DNA of 64,000 nucleotides from Macrostomum lignano (Eukaryota). The notes under the pieces are model-generated. The model was not told where the DNA came from, did not search any database, and worked only from the letters and a program-made list of their open reading frames with translations. Within the stretch, counting starts at the first letter, position 1. Each line of letters starts with the position of its first letter. Location of the stretch: positions 186,001 through 250,000 of the forward strand of contig NIVC01000927.1 of the NCBI GenBank assembly GCA_002269645.1, given 5' to 3'. The translations under genes and the position numbers were made by a program. Positions 1 through 19,463 of this stretch are shown here, piece after piece.

Positions 1-46
1 GCCGCCGCTGCCGCCGCTGCCACCAATGCCGGGTCACATGTCGCAG
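1..46 (+). other. possible 3' end of an exon of a gene entering from the left edge
   Basis: GC-rich low-complexity stretch (Ala- or Pro-rich depending on frame) ending in CAG|GTGTGA, followed by AT-rich and repeat sequence. Too short to identify. Confidence 0.3.
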
Positions 47-191
47 GTGTGAATGCGATGGTGTTGGCATTTTTGCTGCTTTTTGTGTACCCGACACAGA
101 AACTGACTGGAGTTCTGCCAATAAGTTCGGCTGAAGCCGTCTTATCAGTGATTTGTACTTTTGCTAGCGTTCTCACGGTGTGTTTGCAACA

Positions 192-652
192 ACTGAGGGA
201 GCGGAGAGGCAGATTCAAGGACACTGAGGGAGCGGAGAGGCAGATTCAAGGACACTGAGGGAGCGGAGAGGCAGATTCAAGGACACTGAGGGAAGGGAGA
301 GGCAGATTCAAGGACACTGAGGGAGCGGAGAGGCAGATTCAAGGACACTGAGGGAAGGGAGAGGCAGATTCAAGGACACTGAGGGAAGGGAGAGGCAGAT
401 TCAAGGACACTGAGGGAGCGGAGAGGCAGATTCAAGGACACTGAGGGAGCGGAGAGGCAGATTCAAGGACACTGAGGGAGCGGAGAGGCAGATTCAAGGA
501 CACTGAGGGAGCGGAGAGGCAGATTCAAGGACACTGAGGGAGCGGAGAGGCAGATTCAAGGACACTGAGGGAGCGGAGAGGCAGATTCAAGGACACTGAG
601 GGAGCGGAGAGGAAGATTCAAGGACACTGAGGGAGCGGTAAGGCAGATCAAG
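192..652. repeat. 31-bp minisatellite (GAGGGAGCGGAGAGGCAGATTCAAGGACACT), about 14-15 copies
   Basis: Direct tandem units read from the sequence; minor GCGG/AGGG variants. Confidence 0.95.
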
Positions 653-1561
653 TGACTCTAGGCTAATAACCAAGATGAGAACGGACATAACTTAGCGTTA
701 ATATGCACCATGACTGAACAAATTAATATCTGAGAACTTCACATATTATCATGCAGTACCAAGATTTTTTTCTACAAAACGCTGTTGCGTCTAAAGAAAA
801 TGAATTCTCAGTAAAGCTACCGAATTTTTAACCTCACTGTTGTCAAGCGGTTCTAGTTAAACGAATTAACCATTGCAGTGACAATCTAGCTATCTGTCGA
901 ATATTCAAACCTACGTTTAACATAACTGTTCAATCTTGATGAATTAACAATATCGCTTATATCGAAGCAACACTTGCCACCTCACTCTTTCAACACCCGT
1001 GTGCGAGAGAGTGCAAATTTAAACTTTTTTATACACGATGTTTGCACTACTTTCAGCAATATCCATAGCTTTTGTTGCGTATTTTGTAATTATAATTGTT
1101 TCTATATTCTATCTCTATGTGGTCCATACAAATGTTCGAGCTTAAAAAAGCAATTTTTTGCGTTTTCCTTTGTTTTCAATTCATTATTTCCAAGAACCAG
1201 TAACTTGCCTCCACACTCGTCACCCTATGCGAACTAATTTTGCCGATTGAGCTAAACCCCTATGTTTTGTTTATGTGTACAAAATACTGTACTTGCATTA
1301 CAGTTGTGAGTCGCAACTTTTGTCTTAGATTATTAATTTCCAAACCCATGCGAACTTGCAAACCGTGCAGCACTTTTCTGTCTGACAGTTCACTGCAGTT
1401 CTACGTGTACATGACTACAATTTTTGTGTTAACCTTGCACCTGAACAATTTATTGGTTTATTTGAACGAATCTCAATACAGTCGCACGGACACTGCACTG
1501 ACATTCAAATGTTCAGTTTTGGTTTATTTTCGTTTGGAATAGCGATCCGATTTCAAGCTGA

Positions 1562-1785
1562 AACTGGGGATCTGCATGGGAGGTTGGCTCAGCAACTGAG
1601 GATCTGGGAGGCTGGCCCAGCAACTAGGGATCTGGGAGGCTGGCCCAGCAACTGAGAATCTGGGAGGCTGGACCAGCAACTGAGGATCTGGGAGGCTGGA
1701 CCAGCAACTGAGGATCTGGAAGGTTGGCCCAGCAACTGATGATCTGGGAGGCTGGCCCAGCAACTGCGGATCTGGGAGACTGGAA
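1562..1785. repeat. about 28-bp minisatellite (CAACTGAGGATCTGGGAGGCTGGCCCAG), about 7 copies
   Basis: Tandem units visible; explains ORFs 1524..1820 and 1624..1884. Confidence 0.9.
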
Positions 1786-2245
1786 ACCAAACTTATGAGG
1801 CTGCAAGCGAATTTGAGCATGAGGAGGGCCTATAATTAAGTATTGCGAAAAAATGAAGAAACACATTCCTGCTCCATTTTGCACGTCATAGCAAAGATTA
1901 TAATTTTCAGCAATGTAATAATTTCAGTGCACTTGCTTCATTCACAATTCAACTTTGGCAGCATTTAATGCAATGGTACTTCAGACAAAAAAATCATCAC
2001 AAAAACTAAGCCTGTTGTCGAGTTGTAGATCTCAAACAGTTTTACTGAATATGGAGCTCGCGTTGCAAAGAAATGAAATTCAGCAAATTAACTACACGAA
2101 TGACAACCCATACTACAAATACGCAGTTCCTGAAGACTTTTAAACTCAGTATAAAATTTGATACAAAGACATCATTTTACAAGACTGGCACCATCAGCTG
2201 AAGCTTAAAACAAGTTGTTTTCTAAAATTCACCACCAAAAGGGTA

Positions 2246-2838
2246 GCAGCAGTCACTGAAGCAGCGGGGACAGGGACAGCAGGAGTCACTGAAGCAGCGG
2301 GGACAGGGACAGCAGGAGTCACTGAAGCAGCGGGGACAGGGACAGCAGGAGTCACTGAAGCAGCGGGGACAGGGACAGCAGGAGTCACTAAAGCAGCGGG
2401 GACAGGGACAGCAGGAGTCACTGAAGCAGCGGGGACAGGGACAGCAGGAGTCACTGAAGCAGCGGGGACAGGGACAGCAGGAGTCACTGAAGCAGCGGGG
2501 ACAGGGACAGCAGGAGTCACTGAAGCAGCGGGGACAGGGACAGCAGCAGTCACTGAAGCAGCGGGGACAGGGACAGCAGCAGTCACTGAAGCAGCGGGGA
2601 CAGGGACAGCAGCAGTCACTGAAGCAGCGGGGACAGGGACAGCAGCAGTCACTGAAGCAGCGGGGACAGGGACAGCAGCAGTCACTGAAGCAGCGGGGAC
2701 AGGGACAGCAGCAGTCACTGAAGCAGCGGGGACAGGGACAGCAGCAGTCACTGAAGCAGCGGGGACAGGGACAGCAGCAGTCACTGAAGCAGCGGGGACA
2801 GGGACAGCAGCTGCCCCTGAAGGAGCGGAGGCCAGCTA
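2246..2838. repeat. 33-bp minisatellite (GCAGCAGTCACTGAAGCAGCGGGGACAGGGACA), about 17 copies plus a degenerate last unit
   Basis: Tandem units; first block has GGA, second block GCA at the variable site; reads AAVTEAAGTGT on + and TAAVPVPAASV on -. Confidence 0.95.
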
Positions 2839-2904
2839 ATTTGCTAATTCAGATTGCGTTGTCAAAGCCAGGCACAGAGCAAACTTCAATGCCAGATTTT
2901 ACCA

Positions 2905-4308
2905 TTACAGACGCGATTTATCAACAGAGACGAAGCTGCCTGCCAGTCGGACCGGACGGCCGCTGATCCAGGCGTAGCTGACCGCGCGCTCCAGCCGCCG
3001 CTCGGCCAATGCGATTCGACTGGCATCGGCTAGTCGGACAAAGATAAGCATGCCGCAGTTGAGCACCCGCCGAAATTGAGCCCGGACAGTTGGCCGGCCA
3101 GCCAGTAGGTGGCCGAGAGTGGCTGGTCGACCGGCTGCCAGCACCCGGCCAAACAAGGGACAACGGCAGGCGCTGTCGCTTCGCGGTTGAACGGCCAGCT
3201 CGACGGCCAACGGAGCGTCGGTGAGCGGCGAATCGACCCCCGCCACCGATCCAGGCAGCAGCGACCGGCGTATGACGCTTTTCGTGCCCTTGTACGGTTG
3301 CCATGACAACCGGTCTGCTCTGAGGGCGGGGCGGCTGCGGCTCGGCCGGCCAATCAAGCGCCAAGGCGACCAGACGAGCTCATCTAGCGGCGCTGGGAGA
3401 CTGAGCCCTGTGCAGGACTCTCTGGCAACCCGGACAGCTGTCCGAGTTTTCCTGTCAACTGGCGTCTCCGATGCATCTCCGAATTCCTCGTCGTCAAGGA
3501 TGACGGTCTCGGCCGAGGCGCGCCTCACCAGCGACAACATCCCGACGGCTTCGCAGTGGGGCGAGCGCCGGGACCGGACCTCGCACTCGTAGGCGTATTG
3601 AAGGCGACTGCTGCCGCTGGCTCGGTAGGCCGCGGCGGTCAAGAAGTCTGGCAGGTCGCGCAGCTCAGCCAGCTGCAGGCAGAGTCCGCCGGTTTCATTC
3701 GCCAGGTGTCGCATGAAGGTCAAGCTGCAGCAGCTGTCAGCTGACTGCGCAGGCGGGCCGCAGTGCACAGAATAGACGGCGACGCCGAGCTGCTTCAGCT
3801 GAGGAACCGCAGAGGAGTCGTGGCTGACGGGCTGGTCAACGAGGACGAGAGCGCGCGAGCTGCCTTGGCGCCAGGAGATCTTTTCGACCGCCAACTTCAG
3901 CAGGTGCTCGGTGCGGCCCCGTGGCAGAGTGCAGTCGCCTGCACCGGGCAATTGGCTGGTCAAAAACTGAGCCAGGACATCGGAGGCTGCTCCGAGATTC
4001 TGGTATCTAGTGGTGACGATGACTGCTAGTTGACTGTTGGGAATGTCGCCTGATAGGCGAGGAAAAATTTTTGCAACCTCGACAAGAATTCGGTTGTCAA
4101 GGGCGCATCCGTAGGAGTCGAATAGCTGGATTGTATTGAATGCAAACACAAGGTCTACTGGCTTGGCTGCTGCCATTTGCTTATTGGAATTGACCGCCTG
4201 TCTGTAATCGATTCGGTCAGCTCTGAATAGGCTTTTATAATCAACTGGGGGGGGGGGCTGCCGTTCAGCGTGCGGCGACACGCGGTCACATGAGCTATTT
4301 TTAGGCAT
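2905..4308 (-). CDS. VWA-domain protein with degenerate MIDAS (vwkA-like VWA family); probable true start at ATG 4176 (423 aa)
   Basis: 467-aa uninterrupted non-repetitive ORF. VWA-type segments VDLVFAF, ISWRQGSSRALVLV, FMRHLANETGG, AYECEV. A consensus donor CAG|GTAAGG at 4333 upstream and acceptors at 4224/4203 suggest the first ATG is intronic and MAAAKPVDLVF (4176) is the start. Confidence 0.75.
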   Translation of the reverse strand: MPKNSSCDRVSPHAERQPPPPVDYKSLFRADRIDYRQAVNSNKQMAAAKPVDLVFAFNTIQLFDSYGCALDNRILVEVAKIFPRLSGDIPNSQLAVIVTTRYQNLGAASDVLAQFLTSQLPGAGDCTLPRGRTEHLLKLAVEKISWRQGSSRALVLVDQPVSHDSSAVPQLKQLGVAVYSVHCGPPAQSADSCCSLTFMRHLANETGGLCLQLAELRDLPDFLTAAAYRASGSSRLQYAYECEVRSRRSPHCEAVGMLSLVRRASAETVILDDEEFGDASETPVDRKTRTAVRVARESCTGLSLPAPLDELVWSPWRLIGRPSRSRPALRADRLSWQPYKGTKSVIRRSLLPGSVAGVDSPLTDAPLAVELAVQPRSDSACRCPLFGRVLAAGRPATLGHLLAGRPTVRAQFRRVLNCGMLIFVRLADASRIALAERRLERAVSYAWISGRPVRLAGSFVSVDKSRL

Positions 4309-5302
4309 TACCAGTTTGCTAATTGGTCCTTACCTGCCGAGATGTGAAACTCTACAGCAAGTCACGACACGTCGTTGTATTCTATTTTTAGATCAATTAT
4401 TAGTGTTGTAATCATATTTGAGATTTTACAATTTTTATTATAAGAATTATTGGGTAAATTTTATGCAGATAGTTTTATTTTGACAAGTTAGCTATAGGTC
4501 TCTTTTTTAAGCTGAATAATTTTTGCACAAAGTCACTTGAAACTCGTGTGGAGTTTACAAAATTGATTGTTAAATTGTGGAACAAAAAATGATTTTTAAG
4601 CAATGAAAACTGCCAGGTTTAATAGAGATAACTGTTTACCTCTATAGTCTGATTTTAGTACGAGCTAACCCTCACTTTGTTTGATTCGTGGCAAAGAAAG
4701 CATTCTATAATTTTCTATAGCACTATTTATTTATAGCAGCGTTTAAGCTTGAGCATGCCTTCCGCCCAAATATTGGTGTTATTCAGCGGGGCTGTCTTCA
4801 AAAATTGCAGCTGTCCAACTGTTTCTGCGGTCCTGCAGGGGATCCAACCCATCAAGGGCAGCAGGGCACAGACGGTTAGCGTTTCCAGATGCACTGCACC
4901 TCTCGGGCATATTAATTTACAGTGTCGATAGACTCTTGTTTTATTAGATGCTTATAATATCAAGGACCGGCCGCTTATGTACAGTGTACATGCATGCACA
5001 CAAAATTCTTCAAGAAGCGGAAAAGAGCCCCGATATATCAATTACCTTTTTCTGCCAAGTAAGTCGACCATGCCGCTACACCGCTCGTCTCCGACAACAA
5101 TTAAATTTCTATTTAGCTAGCTTCGCTTTTTGACAATGGTTTTAAATTTGCACTATGCATGCCAGGACCACTATTGTAAAACAGAATGTAAAACTCAAAT
5201 ATCGTGTAATTTTTAAGGGATAATTCTTAAAAAAAAATACAACTGCGGAGATAGGAAAAAATACATAAGCGTAGGAATGTTTCAAAAAGTGAGTTGGGGG
5301 CA

Positions 5303-5476
5303 GGTTCAGTTGCGGATTTAGGGGGGGGGGGCGGCGCACGCCTCCGTCGAGTTAGATTTTTTGTATGGAAAATGCACATTACCATGTACCGATTATTTTC
5401 AGAATCCGTCTTGTCAGCACACATTTTATAAAGTGGGGGGGGGGCCATTCCTACCCCCGCAATTCCTACGCCTATG
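5303..5476. mobile_element. short non-autonomous DNA-transposon-like remnant
   Basis: Ends CAGTTGCGGATTTAGGGGGG and CCCCCGCAATTCCTACGCCTATG resemble the G-run termini of small MITE families; no clean TSD seen. Confidence 0.3.
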
Positions 5477-6367
5477 AAAAAATACTTTTTGTCACAAAAT
5501 CAATGCATGCAGATTGCATTAATTGATCTGGGGACGTGAAGATTACCATTAGCTTTTAATTTAACAAGCACAAAATGTTGCTCGGTTGCATTTTGTGTAG
5601 TTGTTTAGTGAATGTTTCATTTTCGTAATTTTTCTTTTTACTTCATAAGCCTAAGCCAAAGTTGTAAATACAACTTTAGTGCAATTGAATTTATACCACT
5701 ACACAGCAGAGGCCTTTGTAGTGATAGGACATATTACTGTCATGATTTTGAAACAAGGGTTTCTTTTGCTAAAATTCAGATCGCTTAGCCACTGATAAAT
5801 TTGATCGGCTAACTACAATAATAATCGCCCTATGCATAATTGCAATTGATTTCGTAAAGTATTCATGACCATTTAGGCCTTGAATCGTTGAGTTGAAGAG
5901 CTGAAGGTTAAATATTTTTCTATGAAAGAATCCTTGAGCTTTTAAGTACTATCTATAGTATATGCATAGCAGCTGTTTCCTGGAACGCTTTATTTTGTTT
6001 TAAAATCTGAATGGGTAAAATACCGTATTTTCAAAATGATCATAAAACAGCTATAAGGACTTATAGGGACTTCCCGCGGTGACTCTCTCTCTCGTTACGT
6101 TACTAACTAGTCTGTACATTTTAGTTTGTGAATTATGATTATGATTATCTATTAACTTTAAAATTTTGTCTATTTTTTAGCAATAACTTAAAAATATTTT
6201 TTTCTTTGATAAGATCAATACGAAGTTTCAAATAAATAAGTCACTGAGTCACTGAGTGAGACTAGTTTAAAAGTTGGCAGAATTTTAGACAAGCCTAATA
6301 AGGCTAAATTTTTTGAGCATAAATTTTCAGAACGCAATTAAGCAATAAGAATATCAGCTGCTCCAAA

Positions 6368-14636
<8,269 letters not shown>

Positions 14637-15764
14637 TTGAGCTAGTCTTAACAATCTACCTATGAGCATAAAGCATAACTGCTAGCCTTTGATGTTTTTT
14701 GATTTGTGTACTTCAATTGACCCAAAACTGACATTATTTAGATATATAATACTTTAAGTAGTTCACGTGTGCCAAACAGAACATTTCTAAACGCTCTGCT
14801 GCTAGATTTAATCTGACTCTAATCAAAATGCAGCTTTTTATTATGAGTAGTTTATTTGTGTTTTCTCTATTTAATTTATTTGTTTGCCTTGAGCGTTGCT
14901 AAAAAAATCTTGCAATTTTTTAGGTAAACAGCGAGAGTAACTATGACTATATTTGAATGGTTGAATAGCTTGTCATCTAATTAGTTTTTTCCTACGACAA
15001 AAACGAACAAAAGATTTATTGTTAGATTAAAGAAACTGCACAGTATATGGCAGTCGCTTTTCTGTTCTCGTTGTATTGATCTCTTGGTGGGCACTCAGTA
15101 ACTCGTTTTTGTATTAAACATTAAACAGCTGACTTCTTTGCGCTTATAAATAAAAAATAGTTTTATATTTTTGGCCTACTTCGAGCCCAGCATTGTTCTG
15201 CTATCTCAACTTCTGATATGCTAGGTATGTATTGTACGTTTATTCAACGAAGTGCCCAAACTAAGCACTAGACCAGTCTTTTTACAGATCCAGAATAGAG
15301 CAAGAACTCATAAAGATCACAATGTCCCAATCTTGTTGAGCACTAAATCTTATTAATGAACTTCCTTCATTCGTTTAATTGCTGCTTTTTTCGGTTCATG
15401 GAAGGGTTTTTTCTTCATTTTAAATTCAAATTGGTGCCAGTAAAACACTAGTATAAGTAGTATAGTAGCACTTCGAATTTTGTGGTTTATTTTTATTTTT
15501 TGTCAGACGGTTGTTTTCTGCCATTGATTTTCTCATTTTCTCTACATTTTTCAAGTTTGAATTATCAGTAAAATCTCCTCATAGAAACGGTGTTTGCAAC
15601 GCTTTTGTTTAAAGTCAACTCAATAAAAATCGCACAATTTCAAAAAAACTTCTGTTGGAAGGTACTTTACTTGTTTATTATTTGTCATTCCAGTCGTGAA
15701 GTTTTCGCTAGTTAGGCATAATAATTAGCATTGTATCACTCCGGCCTGTTCCGAAAATCACCAC

Positions 15765-17225
15765 TGAATCATATCTAATAAATCGTCTTTGAATTACTTC
15801 GGAAGAATCTCATGTCTATGGAGAATCGCCCCTGAATCAAGTCTATAGAGAATCACCGCTGAATCATGACTATAAATAATCGCCGCTGAATCATGTCTAT
15901 AAATAAGCGCCTCTAAATCATGTCTATAGAAAATCGCCCCTGAATCAAATCTTATAAAGAATCGCCCCTGAATTAAGTGTATAAAGAATCGCCCCTGAAT
16001 CAAGTCTATAGAGAATCGCCCCTGAATCAAATCAATAGAGAATCGCCCCTGAATCAAGTCTATAAAGAATCGTCCCTGAATCAAATCAATAGAGAATCGC
16101 CCCTGAATCAAGTCTATAAAGAATCGTCCCTGAATCAAGTCTATAGAGAATCGCCCCTGAATCAAATCAATAGAGAATCGCCCCTGAATCAAGTCTATAG
16201 AGAATCGCCCCTGAATCAAATCAATAGAGAATCGCCCCTGAATCAAGTCTATAAAGAATCGCCCTGAATCAAATCTATAGAGAATCGCCCCTGAATCAAA
16301 TCAATAGAGAATCGCCCCTGAATCAAGTCTATAAAGAATTGCCCTTAATCAAATCTATAAAGAATCGCCCCTCTTTATAGTCTATAGTCTATTATTCTCT
16401 ATAGTGAATCAAGTCTATAGAGAATCGCCCCTGAATCAAATCAATAGAGAATCGCCCCTGAATCAAGTCTATAAAGAATCGTCCCTGAATCAAGTCTATA
16501 GAGAATCGCCCCTGAATCAAATCAATAGAGAATCGCCCCTGAATCAAGTCTATAGAGAATCGCCCCTGAATCAAATCAATAGAGAATCGCCCCTGAATCA
16601 AGTCTATAAAGAATCGCCCTGAATCAAATCTATAGAGAATCGCCCCTGAATCAAGTCTATAAAGAATCGCCCCTGAATCAAATCAATAGAGAATCGCCCC
16701 TGAATCAAGTCTATAAAGAATTGCCCTTAATCAAATCTATAAAGAATCGCCCCTCTTTATAGTCTATAGTCTATTATTCTCTATAGTGAATCAAGTCTAT
16801 AGAGAATCGCCCCTGAATCAAATCAATAGAGAATCGCCCCTGAATCAAGTCTATAAAGAATCGCCCTGAATAAAATCTATAAAGAATCGCCCCTGAATCA
16901 AATCTATAGAGAATCGCCCCTGAATCAAGTCTATAGAGAATCGCCCCTGAATCAAGTCTATAGAGAATCGCCCCTGAATCAAGTCTATAGAGAATCGCCC
17001 CTGAATCAAGTCTATAAAGAATCGCCCCTAAATCAAGTCTATAGGTAGAGAATCGCCCCTGAATCAAATCAATAGAGAATCGCCCCTGAATCAAGTCTAT
17101 AAAGAATCGTCTCTGAATCAAGTCTATAAAGAATCGCCCCTGAATAAAATCAATAGAGAATCGCCTCTGAATCAAGTCTATAGAGAATCGCCCCTGAATC
17201 AGTATATAAAGAATCGACTCTGAAA
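15765..17225. repeat. 27-bp minisatellite (GAATCGCCCCTGAATCAAGTCTATAGA) with higher-order structure
   Basis: About 50 units; the same interruption occurs at 16371 and 16753. Confidence 0.95.
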
Positions 17226-17400
17226 ATCGCCCTTATTTTTGTCATGCCTTCAAGTTCTATAGAAGATTCTTAGGTTCCAGGGTTAACCTGGAAGGTTCCA
17301 GGGTTAGAAGAATTAAATAGCCATTTTAATCCGAGGCCGAGTCATTGCGCAATCTCATTCGCTGCATGCTCGCAAGTCTCTCACCTATTAATTATTAACA

Positions 17401-17838
17401 ATGGGTCGCAGATCTGGAGGAGGAGGCGGTGGCGGCGGCTTCATGCGCAGGCCGGCCGCCCCGCCACCGGCCGCTCCGCGGCCCAGCAACAATGTGCCAG
17501 CCGCTAGGCCGCCGGCACAGCCCGCCCCGGCTGCATCAGCCCCCTCGGGCGGCGGCGGCTTCCTGTCGAACATGGCAGCCACAGCCGGCGGAGTGGCCAT
17601 CGGGCACACCATCGGACACGCCATCACTGGCAGCTTCGGCGGCAGCGGCGGAGCTGTCGAATCTGCCGCTGACCCAGGTGCTGCCCAGCAGCAGCAGCAG
17701 CAGCAGCCCTGCCAATACGAGATGGAGCAGCTAATGAACTGCAGCGTTAACCAGCAGGATATTAGCCTGTGCGCCGGCTATAGCGAGATTCTTAAACAAT
17801 GCCGACAGCGCTTCGGCACCGGGGCTCAGTGGCAGTGA
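17401..17838 (+). CDS. CHCHD2: CHCHD2/CHCHD10 (Mix17/har-1 family) mitochondrial intermembrane-space protein, 145 aa, single exon
   Basis: Arg/Pro/Gly-rich N-terminus, conserved MAATAGGVAIGHTIGHAITG helix, twin CX9C (CQYEMEQLMNC; CAGYSEILKQC). CHCHD2 and CHCHD10 cannot be distinguished here. Confidence 0.93.
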   Translation: MGRRSGGGGGGGGFMRRPAAPPPAAPRPSNNVPAARPPAQPAPAASAPSGGGGFLSNMAATAGGVAIGHTIGHAITGSFGGSGGAVESAADPGAAQQQQQQQPCQYEMEQLMNCSVNQQDISLCAGYSEILKQCRQRFGTGAQWQ

Positions 17839-18279
17839 GCGATTCAACTAGCCACCAAAATGGAACTTGTCTGTTCAGTTAGATAAAAAAGAGAAGCAGT
17901 TAGCCGTAGTAGTAGTAGTAGTAGTAGCTGTGACACCTTGAATTTGTGTTTATCCAGAGTCCTGGTCAATATTTAAGCTTACTAAACTATATGCACTATT
18001 CTACTAACAGTAGTGTAATGAACATTTATCCAGCATATTTTCTACCATCGTTATTGTTTTCTCAAGAACTTGTTCAACAAAAGCGAATAATTAACATAAA
18101 CGTCGCCAATGAGATTAAAATAGAAACAAATACACTGGCTAAATCGCTGTCAACTTTGTCCTGCGTATGTTGATGTCTTTTTCTCAGTTATTTTCTTAGT
18201 ATTAAGAAATGGTCATGCAGTTTTGTGATACCAATTTGTTCCTTTAGTTCCTCCTGTCTTCACTTTCCCTGTCCTTCAT

Positions 18280-19275
18280 TATTCTTCTGTCCTTTTGTTC
18301 CCATATCCTCCTGTGATTCAGTTCCCATATCCTTCAGTTCCTCCTGTCCTACAGTTCCCATATCCTTCAGTTCCTCCTGTACTTCAGTTCCTCCTGTCCT
18401 TCAGTTCCTCCTGTCCTTCAGTTCCTCCTGTCCTTCAGTTCCTCCTGTCCTTCAGTTCCTCCTGTCCTTCAGTTCCTCCTGTCCTTCAGTTCCTCCTGTC
18501 CTTCAGTTCCCTTATCTTTCAGTTCCTCCTGTCTTTCAGTTCCTCCTGTCCTTCAGTTCCTCGTCCTTCAGTTCCTCCTGTCCTTCAGTTCCTCCTGTCC
18601 TTCAGTTCCTCCTGTCCTTTTGTTCCTCCTGTCCTTCAGTTCCCTTATCTTTCAGTTCCTCCTGTCTTTCAGTTCCTCCTGTCCTTCAGTTCCTCGTCCT
18701 TCAGTTCCTCCTGTCCTTCAGTTCCTCCTGTCCTTCACTTCTTCCTGTCCTTCAGTTCTTCCTGTCCTTCAGTTCCTCCTGTCCTTCAGTTCTTCCTGTC
18801 CTTCAGTTCTTCCTGTCCTTCAGTTCTTCCTGTCCTTCAGTTCCTCCTGTCCTTCAGTTCTTCCTGTCCTTCAGTTCTTCCTGTCCTTCAGTTGCTCGTC
18901 CTTTAGTTCCTCATCCTTCAGTTCCTCCTGTCCTTCAGTTCTTCCTGTCCTTCAGTTCTTCCTGTCCTTCAGTTCTTCCTGTCCTTCAGTTCCTCCTGTC
19001 CTTCAGTTCTTCCTGTCCTTCAGTTCTTCCTGTCCTTCAGTTCTTCCTGTCCTTCAGTTCTTCCTGTCCTTCAGTTCCTCCTGCCCTTCAGTTCTTCCTG
19101 TCCTTCAGTTGCTCGTCCTTTAGTTCCTCATCCTTCAGTTCTCCTGTCCTTCAGTTCCTCCTGTCCTTCAGTTCCCTTATCTTTCAGTTCCTCCTGTCTT
19201 TCAGTTCCTCCTGTCTTTCAGTTCCTCCTGTCCTTCAGTTCCTCGTCCTTCAGTTCCTCCTGTCCTTCAGTTGCC
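18280..19275. repeat. 17-bp pyrimidine-rich minisatellite (TTCCTCCTGTCCTTCAG)
   Basis: Tandem units between CHCHD2 and CHMP3; explains ORFs 18225, 18295 and 18620. Confidence 0.95.
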
Positions 19276-19463
19276 GTTTTCCCCAGTCCTTAATTCTTCC
19301 GCAATTCTGAAGCTAAATAGGTGCTAAACACTGCATTCTAGTCTAGATCTAAATTCCTGCACTTTCTTATGCTAAATTGCAGTCAAACTCGTCCCAGTGC
19401 TTAACCGCGAAAGCTACTAGCCAAGTCCTGTAAACCACATTCCCCTACAAAGCGAAGCAAAGC

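Noticed and set aside
18225-19310. 361-aa Ser/Pro/Leu ORF and overlapping ORFs
   Set aside because: Product of the 17-bp pyrimidine minisatellite.
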